NCBI GenBank assembly: GCA_030141605.1
Contig: JAQGDQ010000216.1
Span: forward strand, 62,001 to 126,000
Length of the DNA stretch: 64,000 nt
Direction of reading: 5' to 3'
DNA from: Tubiluchus corallicola
Lineage: Eukaryota > Animalia > Priapulida
A program made the position numbers and the translations under genes. The notes beneath the pieces are model-generated. The model was given only the letters and a program-made list of their open reading frames with translations. It ran no database searches and was not told the origin of the DNA. Shown in pieces: positions 61,124-64,000 of the stretch; position 1 is the stretch's first letter; every line of letters begins with the position of its first letter.

Positions 61124-63481
61124 ATGTATAGATTAAATTTATTTATATTATTAAGTGTATTGGTTTGTAACATAAAAGCCCAAAATTCTTTGTGCCATGG
61201 AATAATAGTAGATAAATCGGAGAATCCAATAACATTTGCTAACATTATCATTACAGACTCCTTAAAAAACACATATTATGGAACAATATCTGACTCTTTG
61301 GGAAGATATGAATTGAGAACTAAAAATCTTAACGATAAATATATTGTAGTTAAGTGTATAGGTTATAAGACATTTGAGAAAAGAATTAATAATAGTTTAA
61401 GACTATGCGATACAATAACATTAAATGAAGAAATTCAGGAAATTGATCAAATAACTATTTATGAAAGTCTTCCTGTTATAACACAAAAATCGGATAGATA
61501 TAGTATTGAAATAAAAAACACAATCGCTTCAAAAGGGAAAACTGCATCCGAATTATTGTTAGTATTGCCTGGTGTATGGTTGGATGGAGATTTAATTAGC
61601 ATTAATGGAATTTCCGGAACAAAAATTATGATTAATGGCGTGCCTCTAAATTACAATAATAAAGGTGCTATACAATATTTAAAATCTATTAGGTCTGAAG
61701 ACATTGAATCTATCGACGTAATTACAAATCCTCCATCCGAATTTGATTCACAGGGTGTAGCCGGAGTAATTGATATTAAATTGAAAATTGAAAAAAACAC
61801 ATTTTCATGGAATCTAGGTGGCAAATACATGCATCAAGAATTCAATGGTATTTCTTCGTATGGTTCTCTTAAATATTATACAAATAGGATTGGAATATCA
61901 ATAAATTATTCTGGAGAAATATCCAACTGGTTGCTACTAGGAAAAAAGCAATTTAAAGATTTAGATTTTCATCAAAATGATAAATCTAATGATGAGATAC
62001 AAGATAAAAACCTATTTGCTTCAATAAAAGGCTTTTACGATATAACAGAAAATCAGAAATTCGGGATTGAGTTTTCTCATTTTTTTTGGGGTAAAGATGA
62101 AATAATTAACACGGATTTAGAGCGAATTTTGCAAAACAGTAACCAGCGACACATTAATTACCACAATGAAAACCAAAATTTAAATTCTTGGAATTTAACT
62201 TTAAATTATAATTGGAAAATAAAAAAAAATGGAAGCAATTTTAACGTAATTATGGACAATCTAAAGCAGTATAAATACAATGATTTTAATTACTACACTT
62301 TTACAGAAGTTGATTCCTTAAATAATCTGATTTCTGAAAATCGCCAACGCAATCTTAAATACCATCCTTACGGAATAAAAGCTGCAACTATTGATTATAC
62401 ATATCCAATCAATAAAAAATTATCTTTAATGACAGGGATTAAGACTTCATATTCAAATTTAAGAGATAAGGCTGAAATTGATACGCTTTCAAGTTCAGGA
62501 ATTTGGATTCCTAATGATGAAATGTCTTACGATTTGGATTATGAAGAGGTTATTAATTCAGCCTATCTCAAATCTATTCTCGATTTAAAAAAACTAGATT
62601 TATCTATTGGCTTACGTTTCGAGAATACAGTTTATAACGCAATTAATCAAAAACAAAATAATCAATATTCTAATATTTTCCCATCACTAGCTCTTAATAT
62701 ACCAGTGTCAGACGGAAAGAATAATTTAAGTTTAAATTATTCTAAAAGAATTCAAAGAGTTAGCTATTTTAAACTACTCACAAATTACCATTACATTTCA
62801 GATAATGAATTACAAACCGGCAATCCTAACTTAAAGCCAGAAATAGTACATGCAATAAAGTTAAGCTATTCACAAAACAAAAAAATCTATTGCTCAATTA
62901 GATTAAATTACAACGACAATCTAATTTACAAATCAATTATTAGTAATGATGAAATAATAATAAACTCTTATTCAGATGGAGGTGAAGAGTATAATTACTC
63001 AGGTAATATTTACATGCCGATTAAGATAAAAGAATGGTGGAAGATGACAAATCAGTTAAATTTGTCATATTTAAACTTTAAACATCAAACAACTACACTG
63101 AATCAAGCAAATGCTAACTTATACACTCAACAATATCTCAAGCTACCATATAATTTTAGTCTAGAGATATTATATAAATATCAATCCAAATCTATTTCCG
63201 GTTATGTTACTACAGACCCATATCATTTATTAAATCTTACTATTAGAAAAGACATGCTCAATAATAACTTGGCTGTTATATTTTCTGCAAATAGATTAAT
63301 AGTAAATCAAAAATACAAATGGACGTATGACGATGGAACTGTCTATAAAGAATCCCAATCTTATTATTCCCCAATACCTTTCTTTTCTATTACTGCCTCA
63401 TATAGTTTTAAGAAAGGTAAAAAACAGAATAATAACTATATAAAGAGTGGAATAAGAGAAGAAAAAGGTAGAACATATTAG
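61124..63481 (+). CDS. TonB-dependent/outer-membrane beta-barrel protein of the type found in Bacteroidota peptide (RiPP) clusters
   Basis: Carboxypeptidase-regulatory-like N-terminus, LPGV, ITNPPSEFDSQG..GVIDIKLK, GLRFE, GNPNLKPE, EEKGR end; very AT-rich. Confidence 0.82.
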   Translation: MYRLNLFILLSVLVCNIKAQNSLCHGIIVDKSENPITFANIIITDSLKNTYYGTISDSLGRYELRTKNLNDKYIVVKCIGYKTFEKRINNSLRLCDTITLNEEIQEIDQITIYESLPVITQKSDRYSIEIKNTIASKGKTASELLLVLPGVWLDGDLISINGISGTKIMINGVPLNYNNKGAIQYLKSIRSEDIESIDVITNPPSEFDSQGVAGVIDIKLKIEKNTFSWNLGGKYMHQEFNGISSYGSLKYYTNRIGISINYSGEISNWLLLGKKQFKDLDFHQNDKSNDEIQDKNLFASIKGFYDITENQKFGIEFSHFFWGKDEIINTDLERILQNSNQRHINYHNENQNLNSWNLTLNYNWKIKKNGSNFNVIMDNLKQYKYNDFNYYTFTEVDSLNNLISENRQRNLKYHPYGIKAATIDYTYPINKKLSLMTGIKTSYSNLRDKAEIDTLSSSGIWIPNDEMSYDLDYEEVINSAYLKSILDLKKLDLSIGLRFENTVYNAINQKQNNQYSNIFPSLALNIPVSDGKNNLSLNYSKRIQRVSYFKLLTNYHYISDNELQTGNPNLKPEIVHAIKLSYSQNKKIYCSIRLNYNDNLIYKSIISNDEIIINSYSDGGEEYNYSGNIYMPIKIKEWWKMTNQLNLSYLNFKHQTTTLNQANANLYTQQYLKLPYNFSLEILYKYQSKSISGYVTTDPYHLLNLTIRKDMLNNNLAVIFSANRLIVNQKYKWTYDDGTVYKESQSYYSPIPFFSITASYSFKKGKKQNNNYIKSGIREEKGRTY

Positions 63482-63502
63482 TTAATTTAAAACTTATCAA
63501 AA

Positions 63503-63865
63503 ATGAATAGAATTATTATTACGAGTACTTTAATGTTAATTGTATTAAGTATGAACGCACAAGTTTTTATCAATCCTATTAATTATGTTGATGACAATCA
63601 ACATAGAGAACAAGTATTAAAGTATATCTCTATGCAAGCGAAGAAAGATTGTAAGACTTTAGGCATTGATAATAAAACAACTTTAAAAGATGTTGAAAAA
63701 GAATATTTAGAAGCATTCAAAGAACTAATCGAAGTAGAAGACACAAATACATTAGCCTCGGTTATTGAAAATCAAGCTAAATTAGGTGTTGAAAATTACA
63801 AAACAATTCTAATGGTTTATAAAGACGAAATTGCTACAGAGGAGAAAATAATTAAATGGGAATAA
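63503..63865 (+). CDS. Hypothetical exported protein
   Basis: Signal peptide (MNA-QV), 120 aa, tight spacing with neighbours. Confidence 0.65.
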   Translation: MNRIIITSTLMLIVLSMNAQVFINPINYVDDNQHREQVLKYISMQAKKDCKTLGIDNKTTLKDVEKEYLEAFKELIEVEDTNTLASVIENQAKLGVENYKTILMVYKDEIATEEKIIKWE

Positions 63866-63886
63866 TCATCATACAGAACAGTTTTT

Positions 63887-64000
63887 ATGAAGAAAAGTAG
63901 ATATACGTTTTTTATTGAAAAAGAAGGTTTTGTTCTTGGATACAATGCCTTTACAGACAAGTACATTGGAATAAGTAAAAACACATACAAACAGTATAAC
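63887..64000 (+). CDS. 5' end of a probable radical SAM/SPASM peptide maturase (runs off window)
   Basis: MKKSRYTFFIEKEGFVLGYNAFTD resembles the MK.S.Y....YN..T N-terminus of such enzymes; only 38 codons visible. Confidence 0.45.
   Translation, partial: MKKSRYTFFIEKEGFVLGYNAFTDKYIGISKNTYKQYN

Overview
64 kb of a Bacteroidota chromosome (Bacteroidales/Marinilabiliales-like; TAnnTTTG promoters, SusC/SusD, T9SS-type remnants) that shows ongoing decay of its accessory DNA. The core genes are intact: a CusA/TolC/CusB metal-efflux operon, ruvB, tRNA-Leu(CAA), ald, a three-gene acyl-CoA carboxylase, valS, serS, rpmA/rplU, folK, radC, sodN, a TPP-riboswitch TonB receptor, fur, purA and pncB. They are interleaved with (i) a scar-rich island after tRNA-Leu (gene fragments, IS110, Fic, AAA+/DUF4143, sulfatase, IS256, LRR lipoprotein, orphan SusC/D, lone cI/cro pair), (ii) a 1760-aa repeat adhesin, (iii) an nrfHA-hcpR-hcp module and (iv) the start of an AT-rich, probable radical-SAM RiPP cluster. 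Highlights: a readable IS110 bridge RNA whose guides match the element's own junctions; a phage CI-like repressor that has lost all its autocleavage residues, next to SusC/D; at least 11 decayed copies of a ~125-bp IS5-type MITE; helically phased operator-like repeats around the Fic/AAA+ genes; and the same one-T frameshift in two lipoprotein signal peptides. All calls come from manual reading and motif recall; no searches were run.
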